64,000 nucleotides of DNA, from NCBI GenBank assembly GCA_036169735.1, contig JAVHNX010000036.1, positions 13,681-77,680 of the forward strand, written 5' to 3'. This stretch comes from Minisyncoccota bacterium. GTDB taxonomy: Bacteria; Patescibacteriota; Minisyncoccia; Phycocordibacterales; UBA9973. Within the stretch, counting starts at the first letter, position 1, and every line of letters starts with the position of its first letter. The translations under genes and the position numbers were made by a program. A model generated the notes under the pieces. It had not been told where the DNA came from. It saw nothing but the letters and a program-made list of their open reading frames with translations, and made no database searches. Below, piece after piece: positions 30,069-40,283 of this stretch.

Positions 30069-30545
30069 ATGTCTCAATTTTTTATAGAAAATGGTGATTT
30101 TATTTTAAGGATAATTTTAGCAGTAGTGCTTGGTATGATGATTGGTGCTGAACGTCTTTTTGTTCACAAAGAAGCTGGAATGAAGACACATGCGTTGGTT
30201 TCCATGGGAGCAGCACTTTTTATGTTGGTTTCTGAATCTATGGTTGAAAAATACGCTGGTCTTAATGGCTTGAACCCGACTATGATACCTGCACAGATTG
30301 TGACGGGTATAGGATTCTTGGGTGCTGGTTCAATAATTCTACAAGGAACTAGACTTAAGGGTCTTACTACTGCTGGAGGACTTTGGGTCACAGCAGGTAT
30401 TGGTATGGCTGCTGGGATGGGTTTGTTTAGTCTTGCAACTATCTCAACTATCTTGGTTCTTTTTATTTTTATCGCAATGAATATTCTTGAAGAACCTATT
30501 AGAAAAATGGCAGGTGCTGATGATACAGATAAACCGGCTAATTAA
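30069..30545 (+). CDS. mgtC: MgtC/SapB family protein
   Basis: IGAER, AGMKTHALVSMGAA, AQIVTGIGFLGAG, GLTTAGGLW; start MSQFF. Confidence 0.88.
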   Translation: MSQFFIENGDFILRIILAVVLGMMIGAERLFVHKEAGMKTHALVSMGAALFMLVSESMVEKYAGLNGLNPTMIPAQIVTGIGFLGAGSIILQGTRLKGLTTAGGLWVTAGIGMAAGMGLFSLATISTILVLFIFIAMNILEEPIRKMAGADDTDKPAN

Positions 30546-30557
30546 AATATAAAATTT

Positions 30558-32303
30558 ATGCAATCAAACGAAATCAGATCCAGGTTTTTGAAATTTTTTG
30601 AAAACCGTGGACACAAAATAATACCTTCAGCTTCACTCGTACCAGAGAATGATCCTTCTGTTCTTTTTAATACTGCCGGCATGCAGCCTCTTGTTCCTTA
30701 TCTCATGGGACAGAAACATCCAAGTGGTACAAGGTTGGTAAATGTTCAGAAATGTATCAGAACTCAAGACATCGATGAAGTTGGAGATAATACTCATGAT
30801 ACATTTTTTGAAATGATGGGTAATTGGTCTCTCGGTGATTATTTTAAGGATGACACTATCAAGTGGAGTTATGAATTTTTAACTTCTAAGGAAGAAGGAT
30901 TAGGTCTCGACCCAAAAAGATTATACGTGACAGTCTTTGAAGGAGACGAAAATTCACCAAAAGATACAGAAGCATTTGAAATTTGGAAAAAATATATTCC
31001 TGAGAACCGTATTTACTTTATGAGCGTGAAATCGAACTGGTGGAGTGTGGGAGAAAATGGTCCATGTGGTCCTGATACTGAAATGTTTTATGATATTACC
31101 ACTGAAGGTCTCGGCTATTTAACTAAAGAAGAATACATGAAAGCTGACGAATCTCAGAAGGTTGTCGAGATCTGGAATGATGTATTTATGCAGTATGAAA
31201 AGAAAGACGGAAAGGTAATCGGCAAACTTTCTCAACAAAATGTCGACACAGGTTCTGGGCTTGAAAGAATAGTGATGGCTGCACAGGGTAAAAATAATAT
31301 TTTTGATACAGATTTATTTAGTTCTATAATGAGCAAAATAGAAGAGCTGACCGCAAGTGTAGATATCCGTGCGAAACGTATTGTTGCTGATCATGTTCGT
31401 ACTAGTGTATTTATTTTAGCCAACGGTGTTGTTCCAGATAATTCAGGACGTGGATATATCCTCCGACGGTTGTTGCGTCGCGCAGTGAGGTTTGCTGACA
31501 ACTTAAATTTGAAACATGGTTCGTTGTCTTGGTTTGCGGAGTCAGTCGTCGAGAAATATAAAGATGTGTATTCTGAACTCGAGATAAATAGTGAAGATAT
31601 CAAGAGAGAGATTAATGCTGAAGAAAATAAATTCCGTCAGACTCTAGAACATGGATTAAAAGAATTTGAAAAAGGAGTGGATCCGTTTATTCTAGCTACT
31701 ACCTACGGTTTCCCTGTAGAGCTTACTGTCGAACTTGCAAAAGAAAAAGGACAGACAGTAGACCTTGAAGATTTTCATAATAAAATGACAGAACACCAAA
31801 AGCTTTCTCAGACAGCCTCAGCTGGTATGTTCAAGGGTGGCTTAGCGAATCATAACGAAAAGACTATTAGACTTCATACAGCACACCATATGCTCCTAGC
31901 AGCAATGCAGGAGGTTGTTAATCCAGATATCAAGCAAAGAGGTAGTAATATTACCGAAGAACGCCTTCGTATTGATTTTCTGTGTGACCACAAGCTAACT
32001 GACGAAGAAAAAAAGAAAGTTGAAGATTTGGTAAATGAAAAAATAAAAATGGGATTAAATGTCGTTCGTCGTGAGATGCCGTTTATTGAAGCGGAAAAAA
32101 TTGGTGCCCAGATGGAATTCGGTGCGAAGTATCCAGAAGTTGTGAGTGTGTATTTTATTGAAGACCAAGAGGGAAGTCAGTTCTCAAAAGAATTCTGTGG
32201 TGGTCCACATGTTGCAAATACTTCAGAACTAGGTCATTTCAAAATTCTAAAAGAAGAAGCTGTTGCCGCAGGTATTCGTAGAATCAAAGCAGTACTAGAA
32301 TAA
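30558..32303 (+). CDS. alaS: Alanine-tRNA ligase (short form, 581 aa)
   Basis: LFNTAGMQP, FFEMMGNWS, GPCGPDTE, VDTGSGLER, editing HTAHH and EFCGGPH, ends GIRRIKAV. Confidence 0.95.
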   Translation: MQSNEIRSRFLKFFENRGHKIIPSASLVPENDPSVLFNTAGMQPLVPYLMGQKHPSGTRLVNVQKCIRTQDIDEVGDNTHDTFFEMMGNWSLGDYFKDDTIKWSYEFLTSKEEGLGLDPKRLYVTVFEGDENSPKDTEAFEIWKKYIPENRIYFMSVKSNWWSVGENGPCGPDTEMFYDITTEGLGYLTKEEYMKADESQKVVEIWNDVFMQYEKKDGKVIGKLSQQNVDTGSGLERIVMAAQGKNNIFDTDLFSSIMSKIEELTASVDIRAKRIVADHVRTSVFILANGVVPDNSGRGYILRRLLRRAVRFADNLNLKHGSLSWFAESVVEKYKDVYSELEINSEDIKREINAEENKFRQTLEHGLKEFEKGVDPFILATTYGFPVELTVELAKEKGQTVDLEDFHNKMTEHQKLSQTASAGMFKGGLANHNEKTIRLHTAHHMLLAAMQEVVNPDIKQRGSNITEERLRIDFLCDHKLTDEEKKKVEDLVNEKIKMGLNVVRREMPFIEAEKIGAQMEFGAKYPEVVSVYFIEDQEGSQFSKEFCGGPHVANTSELGHFKILKEEAVAAGIRRIKAVLE

Positions 32304-32328
32304 TTTTTGTTTGTGGTACAATTATCTC

Positions 32329-33498
32329 ATGAATATTTTTTCTAAACCAAAAGAAAAAAAGGAATTAACTCTTGTTTTTGATATTGGCTCGACATCTGTC
32401 GGTGCAGCACTTTTCTTTTTACAAAAATCCGGTGTTCCTAAAATAATTTGTTCTATTCGTGAACCTATTATCCTTGAAAAAGAAGTTGATTTTGATCGAT
32501 TACTTTCTTTGACTGCAAAATCTCTTGAAATTGTTGCCAATAAAATTCTTTTAAAGAAACTTGGTGCACCAAAGGATATTTTTTGTATCCTTTCGTCTCC
32601 TTGGTACACTTCTCAGACAAGAACCATAAACCTAGAAAAAAATACTCCTTTTACCTTCACTGCGAAACTAGCTGATAGTTTAACTCAAAAAGAATTATCT
32701 CTATTTAAAGAGGAACATTCAATCCAGCACTCAAATTCAGGAGTTCAATTAATCGAACTTAAAAATATGAAAACTAAACTAAATGGTTATACAACATCTA
32801 GCCCTTTGGGTAAGAAATCCAAAGAGCTCGAGATGACTATTTTTATTTCAATGAGCTCTGATGTTGTATTGGAAAAGTTTAAACACGCTGTCGGTAGATG
32901 TTTTTATCCAAGCAGTATCAAGTTCTCATCATTAGCGATGGCATCATTTGTTGTCACTCGAGATATGTTCATAAATCAGAAAGATTTTTTATTAGTTGAT
33001 ATTGGCGGGGAAGTCACAGACATATCTCTAATAAAAAATGACATATTATGTGAATCAATTTCTTTCCCACTAGGTAAAAATTTTATAATAAGAAAAGCTG
33101 CATCTGTTTTAAAAACCTCGTTACATGAAGCAAAGTCTCTTGTTTCCCTTTGTAAGGATGGCCACGCCAATGAACAGACTGAAAAGATACTCAAGCCTGT
33201 TGTTGATGAATTAAAATTAGAATGGCTTAAAAATTTTCAGATATCTCTAGGTAGCCTTTCAAATAATATTTCTATTCCATCGTCTATTTTTGTGATGGCA
33301 GACCAAGATTTAGCAGATTTTTTCTCAGGAACTATTAAAATGGAACAATTTAATCAGTATACTTTAACTGAGTCAAAATTTAATGTTGTCTTGCTCAATA
33401 CAAAAACTCTTCATGGTTTTGTCATTTTAGAAAAAAATATAATTCGTGATCCTTCTCTTATCATTGAATCTATTTACATTAGTAGTTTTCTTCGCTAA
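32329..33498 (+). CDS. FtsA/PilM-like actin-fold protein
   Basis: LVFDIGSTSV and LLVDIGGEVTDI phosphate-loop motifs. Confidence 0.7.
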   Translation: MNIFSKPKEKKELTLVFDIGSTSVGAALFFLQKSGVPKIICSIREPIILEKEVDFDRLLSLTAKSLEIVANKILLKKLGAPKDIFCILSSPWYTSQTRTINLEKNTPFTFTAKLADSLTQKELSLFKEEHSIQHSNSGVQLIELKNMKTKLNGYTTSSPLGKKSKELEMTIFISMSSDVVLEKFKHAVGRCFYPSSIKFSSLAMASFVVTRDMFINQKDFLLVDIGGEVTDISLIKNDILCESISFPLGKNFIIRKAASVLKTSLHEAKSLVSLCKDGHANEQTEKILKPVVDELKLEWLKNFQISLGSLSNNISIPSSIFVMADQDLADFFSGTIKMEQFNQYTLTESKFNVVLLNTKTLHGFVILEKNIIRDPSLIIESIYISSFLR

Positions 33499-33507
33499 AA
33501 TATAAGT

Positions 33508-34782
33508 ATGCCTAAAAAGTCTTTTCAAGATATTGTAAAAATAAAACATATAAATAGAGATGTACTTACAGAAAGAAAAATAGAAAAGAAAGAAAAAATA
33601 GAAAAATCTGAACACAAAGAATCTCATTTTAATTATCATGTAGAGGAAAGTAATAATTCCAGATATGCACTTTGGTTTGTTGCATTAGTCTCCGTTATTT
33701 TTCTTCTTTTTGCTTTTTCTTTTTTATTCTCTAGAGCAAAAGTTACAGTTAATCCAAAAGTAAAAGATTTGGAACTAAATGAGACTTTGTCTGCCACCAA
33801 GGATTCAAGCGTTAATGGTTTATCTTTTCAGTTAATCTCAATTTCTGACAAAGAAACTAAAATAGTACCAGGTGGAGAAGAAAAAGATGTTTCTGTAAAA
33901 GCTAAAGGAGTTGTTACTATTTTTAATACTTTTAGTTCTGCTCCACAGTCTCTCAGTATCGATACACGGCTTGAAGGGTCAAACGGTAAGATGTACACAA
34001 CAGATGCCAAGATTGTCGTGCCAGGAATGGCTAAAGACGGCACTCCAGGGCGTGTAGAAGTAAATATCTCTGGAAAAGAAGCTGGGAGTGAGTATAATAG
34101 TGCTCCACTTGATTTTAAGATTTTTGGTTTTAAGGGAACTTCTAAATATTCAAAAATCTATGCTAGATCAAAGTCACCAATAACTGGTGGACTCAAAGGT
34201 AAATTTGGTCAGATTTCTGACACTGAAAAAGAAACTATAGTAAATGATTTAAAGACTATTTTGCAAACAAAATTGTTTAAAAAAGCCACTGAACAAATTC
34301 CAAGTGAATATATTTTATTTAAAGATGCAGTCTTTTTTAAGACCGAAGATCCGACAGTTGATTTTATTCCTGCGGGTGGCCAAGTTTCAATTGGTATAAA
34401 AGGAACATTGTATGGTTTTTTCTTTAATGAAAAAGATTTGACCAAAAAAATTGCTACATCAAATATTGAAGATTATGATGGCAGTGATGTTTACGTTTCA
34501 AAAATTAAAGATTTATTATTCTCTCTTACTAATAAGGAAACTATTTCATTTAGTGATGTAAAAAATATCAATTTTACACTAAAGGGTGATACAAAAATAG
34601 TATGGAGAGTAGAAAATGACAAGCTAGTTAATGATCTTTTAAATACTAAGAAGAAAGATTTTAATAGTATTTTTTCTAAATATTCTAATATCAATTCAGC
34701 TGATTTAGTTTTACGCCCAGCATGGAAGAGTTCCTTACCTGATAAAAAACAAAAAATAGATATTATAGTGAATTACCCATAA
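33508..34782 (+). CDS. Single-pass membrane protein with baseplate-J-like extracellular domain
   Basis: TM then AKGVVTIFN...TRL...G.EYN...ITGG pattern. Confidence 0.55.
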   Translation: MPKKSFQDIVKIKHINRDVLTERKIEKKEKIEKSEHKESHFNYHVEESNNSRYALWFVALVSVIFLLFAFSFLFSRAKVTVNPKVKDLELNETLSATKDSSVNGLSFQLISISDKETKIVPGGEEKDVSVKAKGVVTIFNTFSSAPQSLSIDTRLEGSNGKMYTTDAKIVVPGMAKDGTPGRVEVNISGKEAGSEYNSAPLDFKIFGFKGTSKYSKIYARSKSPITGGLKGKFGQISDTEKETIVNDLKTILQTKLFKKATEQIPSEYILFKDAVFFKTEDPTVDFIPAGGQVSIGIKGTLYGFFFNEKDLTKKIATSNIEDYDGSDVYVSKIKDLLFSLTNKETISFSDVKNINFTLKGDTKIVWRVENDKLVNDLLNTKKKDFNSIFSKYSNINSADLVLRPAWKSSLPDKKQKIDIIVNYP

Positions 34783-34883
34783 TAAATATTTGTTCATAAA
34801 TTTACGTTGAGTATTATATGTTGTTATTAACATAATATATTTTGACTTTATTATATAATTTTGTTAAAATAACCAAACATCAA

Positions 34884-35105
34884 ATGAGCGATCAAAGAAA
34901 CGAAAAAATTTTGACAGCTAGAGGAGTTGTCACTGAGGCATTGCCTAGTACTTTATTTCGAGTGATAATGGGTGATCAAAAGGAAATACTTGCTTACTTA
35001 TCTGGAAAGATGCGTATGCACCGTATTAAAATTTTGATAGGAGATCAAGTAGAAGTTGTACTTGACCCGTACGGTGGAAAGGGTAGAATCGTTAAAAGGT
35101 TGTAA
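34884..35105 (+). CDS. infA: Translation initiation factor IF-1
   Basis: GVVTEALP..FRV, LSGKMRMHRIKILIGD. Confidence 0.95.
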   Translation: MSDQRNEKILTARGVVTEALPSTLFRVIMGDQKEILAYLSGKMRMHRIKILIGDQVEVVLDPYGGKGRIVKRL

Positions 35106-35208
35106 TTTATTTAGAATAGTGTATTATAGTAATTACGGTTTTAGAAGACGATAAGTGTTATTAAAAATAAGGGTTTTCCCCTTGTTTTATCTTAATTTAA
35201 AAATTTAT

Positions 35209-35319
35209 ATGAAAATCAGAGCATCAGTAAAAAAAATTTGTGATAATTGCAAAATGGTCAAGCGCCAGAGGCATTTAAGAGTTATTTGCGTTAATCCTAA
35301 ACATAAACAAAAACAATAA
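35209..35319 (+). CDS. rpmJ: 50S ribosomal protein L36
   Basis: [36 protein letters not shown] (not in ORF track). Confidence 0.95.
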   Translation: MKIRASVKKICDNCKMVKRQRHLRVICVNPKHKQKQ

Positions 35320-35324
35320 AATTT

Positions 35325-35705
35325 ATGAGAATACTCGGAATTACAATACCAAATGAAAAGAGACTTGAAATCGGCTTAACCGTTCTTTTTGGAATCGGTA
35401 TCCCAGCTGCCCGTAAGATATTAGACCAAGTTGGTCTTGATCATGGAAAAAAAGCTAAAGACTTAACACCTGATGAAGAAAATAAAATTCGTGCAATCAT
35501 TGAAGTAATGACTATCGAAGGAAATCTAAAGCGTGAAATCTCTGGAAATATCAAAAGACTAAAAGACATCAAAACACACAAAGGTGTCAGACACATGAAG
35601 AGATTACCTGTCAGAGGACAACGTACAAAGACCAATTCTAGAACTGTCCGAGGTAATGTACGAAAGACTATGGCATCTGGAAAGAGAAAAGAGAGTAAGA
35701 CATAA
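35325..35705 (+). CDS. rpsM: 30S ribosomal protein S13
   Basis: LPVRGQRTKTNSRT. Confidence 0.96.
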   Translation: MRILGITIPNEKRLEIGLTVLFGIGIPAARKILDQVGLDHGKKAKDLTPDEENKIRAIIEVMTIEGNLKREISGNIKRLKDIKTHKGVRHMKRLPVRGQRTKTNSRTVRGNVRKTMASGKRKESKT

Positions 35706-35719
35706 AATAATTAATTAAA

Positions 35720-36148
35720 ATGGCAAAGACAAAAACAACAACAGAAGAAGTAAAGACAGAAGGAGAAGTAAAAGCTACTCCTTCTAAAACAGCAAAGAAG
35801 AAAATAACTTCTGGAATTTTATATGTTGATGCTACTTTCAACAATACTAAAGTTATTTTCGCTGATAAATTAGGCAACGTATTGTTTTGGTCAAGTTCAG
35901 GTTCACTAGGTTTCCGTGGAGCAAAAAAGGGTACTCCTTTCGCAGCTTCTAAGGTTGGAGACATTGTTGGAGACAAAGCAGCTACTCTTGGAGTTAAAGA
36001 TGCAGATGTAGTTGTCCGAGGAGTTGGTTCTGGACGTGAACCTGCTATCAGGGCATTCATGGCTCACAATATTGAAATAGTTACAATCAAGGATGCCACA
36101 CCAGTACCACACAATGGTCCAAAAGCTAAGAAGCCTAGAAGAGTTTAA
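35720..36148 (+). CDS. rpsK: 30S ribosomal protein S11
   Basis: ATFNNT, KKGTPFAA, TPVPHNG. Confidence 0.96.
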   Translation: MAKTKTTTEEVKTEGEVKATPSKTAKKKITSGILYVDATFNNTKVIFADKLGNVLFWSSSGSLGFRGAKKGTPFAASKVGDIVGDKAATLGVKDADVVVRGVGSGREPAIRAFMAHNIEIVTIKDATPVPHNGPKAKKPRRV

Positions 36149-36169
36149 TTAATAAATTACTAAACAAAA

Positions 36170-36772
36170 ATGATTACTAAACCAAAATTTAAAATTTGCC
36201 GAAGATTAGGACCAGGAGTTTATGACAAATGTCAGACTTCTAAATTTAAGCCTTCCGCAAAGTTTGCTGGACCTGGCGCACGTCGCCCAAAGGCTCCTTC
36301 TGAATACGGAGCTCAGCTTATTGAAAAGCAGAAAATTCGTTTTTCTTATGGAATTACTGAACGCCAGCTTTCAAACTATGTTAAAAAAGCTACTCATATC
36401 AAGGGTGCTGGTACAGCAGAGAAATTTTATGAAGGACTTGAAACTCGTCTTGATAACGTAATCTATAGAATGGGTCTTGGAAGTTCAAGACGTGCAACCA
36501 GACAAATGGTGTCACATGGACATTTTATTGTCAATGATCACAAAGTTACTATTCCTTCATACGAAATGAAGCCAGGAGATATCGTAAAGATTCGTGAAGG
36601 TTCAAAAGGAAAGAAAATTTTTGAAGGTATGTCTGATAAACTAAAAGATTATAAATCTCCAGCATGGGTATCATTTGATGCAAAAACAATGGAAGGTAAA
36701 GTTTCAGCTAAACCAAAGAATACAGAAAGTTTCCTTGACCTTAATGCCGTTCTTGAATTCTACAGTCGTTAA
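36170..36772 (+). CDS. rpsD: 30S ribosomal protein S4
   Basis: SEYGAQLIEKQK, LETRLDNVIYRMG, EFYSR. Confidence 0.96.
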   Translation: MITKPKFKICRRLGPGVYDKCQTSKFKPSAKFAGPGARRPKAPSEYGAQLIEKQKIRFSYGITERQLSNYVKKATHIKGAGTAEKFYEGLETRLDNVIYRMGLGSSRRATRQMVSHGHFIVNDHKVTIPSYEMKPGDIVKIREGSKGKKIFEGMSDKLKDYKSPAWVSFDAKTMEGKVSAKPKNTESFLDLNAVLEFYSR

Positions 36773-36847
36773 TTTATTACGTTTTTTCCCGCCAAAGGGC
36801 GGGCAAGTATTATTAAAAAATTTAAAAATAACTTTTTATAAAAAAAC

Positions 36848-37828
36848 ATGCCTGAATATAAAATAATCATGCCATCTAAGCCTCGCGTTGTTGTTGAAGA
36901 AGGAAACAAAGGAGTATTTGAAATAGACGGTTTATATCCTGGGTACGGACATACCCTTGGTAACAGTCTACGAAGAATTATTCTTTCTTCTCTACCAGGC
37001 GCAAGTATAACATCAATCAAAATTGATGGTGTTTCTCATGAATTCTCAACACTTGAGGGAGTTAAAGAAGATGTGATTGTTATGATCTTAAATTTGAAAA
37101 AGACTCGTTTTAAAATGACTTCTGATGAACCTCAGACAGTTACTCTTTCCGTTAAAGGACCAAAAGAAGTTACTGCAGCAGATATTAAAACAAGTGGACA
37201 AGTTGAAGTTTTAAACCCAGATCTTCATATTGCTGAAGTTACTGGTAAGGTTAATTTAAATATTGAAATGAGAATCGAGAAAGGCTTAGGTTTTATCTCG
37301 AAAGAAGTTTTACAAAAAGAAAAAGTTGATGTCGGCACAATCGCTGTTGATGCTATCTTTACTCCTATTCGTCGTGTTGCTTACGAAGTTGAGAATATGC
37401 GCGTTGGAGACAGAACAAACCACAACCGCCTAAGAATATCTATCGAGACAGACGGTACTTTGACTGCGCGTGAAGTTCTTTCTCAATCTATAGAAATCAT
37501 GATCAATCAGCTTAAAGCTATTATCGATTTCAAAGAACCTGAAGAAGAAATAAAAATTGAAAAGAAAGCTCCTAAAGAAGAAGAAAAAGAATTAGAAGAA
37601 GATGATAAAAAGGGAGATGATTTTACTGATGTTTTAAAGACACGCACAGATACTCTTGATCTTTCTACTCGAACCTTAAATGCTCTTACAGCCGCAAATA
37701 TTCGTACTCTTGGAGGTCTTGCTCGCAAGAAAAGAGAAGATTTGCTTGAAGTAGAGGGTATTGGTGAAAAGGGGATAACAGAGATTAAAAAAGTGCTCGG
37801 AAAATTCGGGCTTAATTTGAAAGAATAA
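36848..37828 (+). CDS. rpoA: RNA polymerase alpha subunit
   Basis: GYGHTLGNSLRRIILSSLPG, HEFSTLEGVKED, alpha-CTD. Confidence 0.97.
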   Translation: MPEYKIIMPSKPRVVVEEGNKGVFEIDGLYPGYGHTLGNSLRRIILSSLPGASITSIKIDGVSHEFSTLEGVKEDVIVMILNLKKTRFKMTSDEPQTVTLSVKGPKEVTAADIKTSGQVEVLNPDLHIAEVTGKVNLNIEMRIEKGLGFISKEVLQKEKVDVGTIAVDAIFTPIRRVAYEVENMRVGDRTNHNRLRISIETDGTLTAREVLSQSIEIMINQLKAIIDFKEPEEEIKIEKKAPKEEEKELEEDDKKGDDFTDVLKTRTDTLDLSTRTLNALTAANIRTLGGLARKKREDLLEVEGIGEKGITEIKKVLGKFGLNLKE

Positions 37829-37839
37829 TTTAAAAATTT

Positions 37840-38193
37840 ATGAGACACGGTAATTCAAAAAGAAAATTTGGAAGAGAAAAGAATCAGAGAAACGCTTTGA
37901 TTAATTCATTGGCGCTCAATTTGATAGTGCGTGAAAAAATTAAGACAACTGAACCTAAAGCAAAAGAACTACGACCTTTTATCGAGAAGCTTGTTACAAA
38001 AGCAAAAGCAGGAGACCTTGCAACACGTCGATTGGTTATTTCTAAACTTTCAAACAGAAGTAAAGAGGTAAAGAAATTGTTCGATGTCATTGCACCGAAG
38101 TATTCTGATAGAAAAGGTGGATACGTTCGAGTATTAAAATTAGGCGCTAGAAAGTCTGATGGTGCCAAGATGGCACAAATAGAATTCGTATAA
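37840..38193 (+). CDS. rplQ: 50S ribosomal protein L17
   Basis: MRHG, IKTTEPKAKE, GGY.R..K.G.R..DGA. Confidence 0.96.
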   Translation: MRHGNSKRKFGREKNQRNALINSLALNLIVREKIKTTEPKAKELRPFIEKLVTKAKAGDLATRRLVISKLSNRSKEVKKLFDVIAPKYSDRKGGYVRVLKLGARKSDGAKMAQIEFV

Positions 38194-38223
38194 TATTTGT
38201 ATTTTTTTTAAAAATGATTTAGT

Positions 38224-38577
38224 ATGGAAAAACACATGAAAACAATTGACGCATCAGGAAGAACACTAGGCAGAGTTGCATCAGAAGCAGCTATGTCTTT
38301 AATGGGCAAGACCAAGGCTACCTTTGAGAGGAATGTTTATTCTGGTTTTCCTGTAAATATTACGAATGCCTCAAAGCTTCGTATTACTACAAAAAAATTG
38401 GCTGAAATTTATCACACCAAGTATTCCGGTTATCCAGGCGGTCTACGTATCACAAAAGGTACTGAGACAGCTGAGAAAAAAGGACTGAAAGAATTAATCA
38501 GACTTGCGACCTACCAAATGCTTCCTGGAAATAAACTAAGAAGAGAGATGATGAAACACTTAACTATCGAAGATTAA
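38224..38577 (+). CDS. rplM: 50S ribosomal protein L13 (short)
   Basis: IDASGRTLGRVAS, SGYPGGL, MLP.NKL. Confidence 0.92.
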   Translation: MEKHMKTIDASGRTLGRVASEAAMSLMGKTKATFERNVYSGFPVNITNASKLRITTKKLAEIYHTKYSGYPGGLRITKGTETAEKKGLKELIRLATYQMLPGNKLRREMMKHLTIED

Positions 38578-38582
38578 ATAAA

Positions 38583-38993
38583 ATGGCAAAAACATTAACA
38601 AAAGATATATATATTGAAGGAGTAGGAAGAAGAAAAACTTCTACAGCCAGAGTTCGTATTTTTGAAGCTACAAAAGCTAGTTTTATTGTGAACAACAAAG
38701 ACTCCAAGGAATACTTCCAAACTGAAGATCAAAGACGTCTCATTCAAGATCCTATGGTCAAAGTTACTCCTGGAATGAAGTATGCTGTTGAAGCGAGAGT
38801 TAACGGTGGAGGAATTCATTCTCAAGCTGAAGCTGTCCGTCACGGTTTATCTCGCGCCCTTGTTGATTCTGACTTAGAACTTCGTGGAAAGCTAAAAGCA
38901 CTAGGATACCTAATGCGCGATCCAAGAGCGAAAGAAAGAAGAAAATTCGGTCTCAAAAAGGCGAGAAAGGCCCCACAGTGGTCAAAACGTTAA
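38583..38993 (+). CDS. rpsI: 30S ribosomal protein S9
   Basis: GRRKTSTARV, GGG..SQA.A.RHG, KKARKAPQWSKR. Confidence 0.96.
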   Translation: MAKTLTKDIYIEGVGRRKTSTARVRIFEATKASFIVNNKDSKEYFQTEDQRRLIQDPMVKVTPGMKYAVEARVNGGGIHSQAEAVRHGLSRALVDSDLELRGKLKALGYLMRDPRAKERRKFGLKKARKAPQWSKR

Positions 38994-38997
38994 TCTC

Positions 38998-39025
38998 AAA
39001 AAATCCCTCTCACGAGGGATTTTTT
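38998..39025 (+). terminator. Intrinsic terminator
   Basis: AAAAAATCCCTC-TCAC-GAGGGATTTTTT. Confidence 0.8.
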
Positions 39026-39055
39026 ATTGTAAATTTTTTATGTTAATATAAAAAC

Positions 39056-39649
39056 ATGAGTGAAGAAAATGAAGAAATAAAAAATATTGAAGAAGTAGAA
39101 TCATCTGAACCTGAATCAGAGGTAGTTGAATTTGAATTCAATGATGACGGTGAAGAAGATTTAAAGAAAACTTTAAAGAAATTTAGAGCTGACATAAAAG
39201 AACTTAAAGCTCAAAAAGAAGAATACTTGACTGGCTGGCAAAAAGAGCGAGCAGACTTCGTGAATTACCGAAAAGAAGAAGAAGAAAGAAATAGGAATTT
39301 TAGAAATATTATCCAAGAAAGAATCTTGGAAAATTTCCTTTCTGTGATGGATAGTTTTGATATGGCTTTTTCCAATAAAGAGGCTTGGGAGAAAGTAGAT
39401 GCAAACTGGAGAACTGGTGTGGAATATATCTATTCTCAGATGAGTAATATCTTTGAAGAATACGGTATCACTTCTATTGGCCAAGTAGGGGAGAAATTCA
39501 ACCCAGAAATTCATCAGTCTGTGGAAGTTGTGGAAACTACTGACCAATCTAAAGATGATACTATCGCTCAAGTTTTACAAAAGGGTTACAAGACAAAAGA
39601 TAAAGTTCTTCGTGCTGCTCGAGTTAAAGTATTTGGACATAAAGAATAG
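39056..39649 (+). CDS. grpE: Nucleotide exchange factor GrpE
   Basis: RADFVNYRK, FNPEIHQSV, QKGY...VLRAARV. Confidence 0.93.
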   Translation: MSEENEEIKNIEEVESSEPESEVVEFEFNDDGEEDLKKTLKKFRADIKELKAQKEEYLTGWQKERADFVNYRKEEEERNRNFRNIIQERILENFLSVMDSFDMAFSNKEAWEKVDANWRTGVEYIYSQMSNIFEEYGITSIGQVGEKFNPEIHQSVEVVETTDQSKDDTIAQVLQKGYKTKDKVLRAARVKVFGHKE

Positions 39650-39688
39650 AAATAAAAAATCTCACATAACTGTGAGATTTTTTATTTC
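39649..39688. terminator. Bidirectional terminator
   Basis: GAAATAAAAAATCTCACA-TAAC-TGTGAGATTTTTTATTTC between convergent genes. Confidence 0.8.
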
Positions 39689-40257
39689 TTGAAAGTATCA
39701 AATAAAAACTTTTTAGTTTCTTCGTCGATGAATTGAGTTTTGATTATCATCATCTCAGTAGTGAGCTCTAAATCTTTTTTAATATTTTCAAAAAGATGTT
39801 CATAAGGATAAGGGGAGATCCAAGCAGAATTTTTTAGACATACGAACCCAGCTTTTTTTAATAAATAGCGGAGAGACCCGCGTTCACTTTTTCGGGTCTC
39901 TGGTAAATCTAATAAAATAATTCTCCAATATCCATCCCAGGAAGTATCGACGAGAGTAGTATCACTATCGAGCTTTAAGCTATTTATTTTCTTTTTTCCT
40001 TCTTTTGTTAATCGAGCGTAATCATTCTGACCAGAGGAAATATTCTCTATTAGACCAGCTTCACGAAGGCCTTTTAAAGAGCGTGTGATGGCGTAGGACA
40101 CTTTTAAATCTGCTTTACTTATATTGTTATATAAAGGCTCCATGTCAAGGTTAAGCCTTGACATTTGTTGGCTTAATTCAGGTAGGGAAATAGCTGTTTT
40201 TTCACCTAAAATTTTGAGTATTTTCTTGGAATAGTCGGGTTTAGTTGACATATTCAT
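39682..40257 (-). CDS. PaaX-like transcriptional regulator (winged HTH + Cas2-like domain)
   Basis: L.GL.EAGLI...RLTKEG, WDGYWRIILLDLPE...LR..LKKAGF..LKNSAWISPY. Confidence 0.75.
   Translation of the reverse strand: MNMSTKPDYSKKILKILGEKTAISLPELSQQMSRLNLDMEPLYNNISKADLKVSYAITRSLKGLREAGLIENISSGQNDYARLTKEGKKKINSLKLDSDTTLVDTSWDGYWRIILLDLPETRKSERGSLRYLLKKAGFVCLKNSAWISPYPYEHLFENIKKDLELTTEMMIIKTQFIDEETKKFLFDTFKK
40142..40164. repeat. ATGTCAAGG-TTAAG-CCTTGACAT palindrome inside the PaaX-like gene
   Basis: Perfect 9-bp stem; encodes MSRLNLDM. Confidence 0.85.
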
Positions 40258-40283
40258 ATATTATACTATATATTGGCTTTTGA

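Noticed and set aside
33508-34782. Prophage suggested by the baseplate-J-like protein
   Set aside because: No capsid, terminase, tail or integrase genes; housekeeping context.
36787-36803. CCCGCC-AAAG-GGCGGG hairpin between rpsD and rpoA
   Set aside because: Single short hairpin with no second clear copy in the window; may belong to a repeat family but cannot be supported here.
39682-40257. Possible CRISPR Cas2 / CRISPR system
   Set aside because: The Cas2-like fold is part of a PaaX-type regulator; no cas1, other cas genes or repeat-spacer array were seen in the window.
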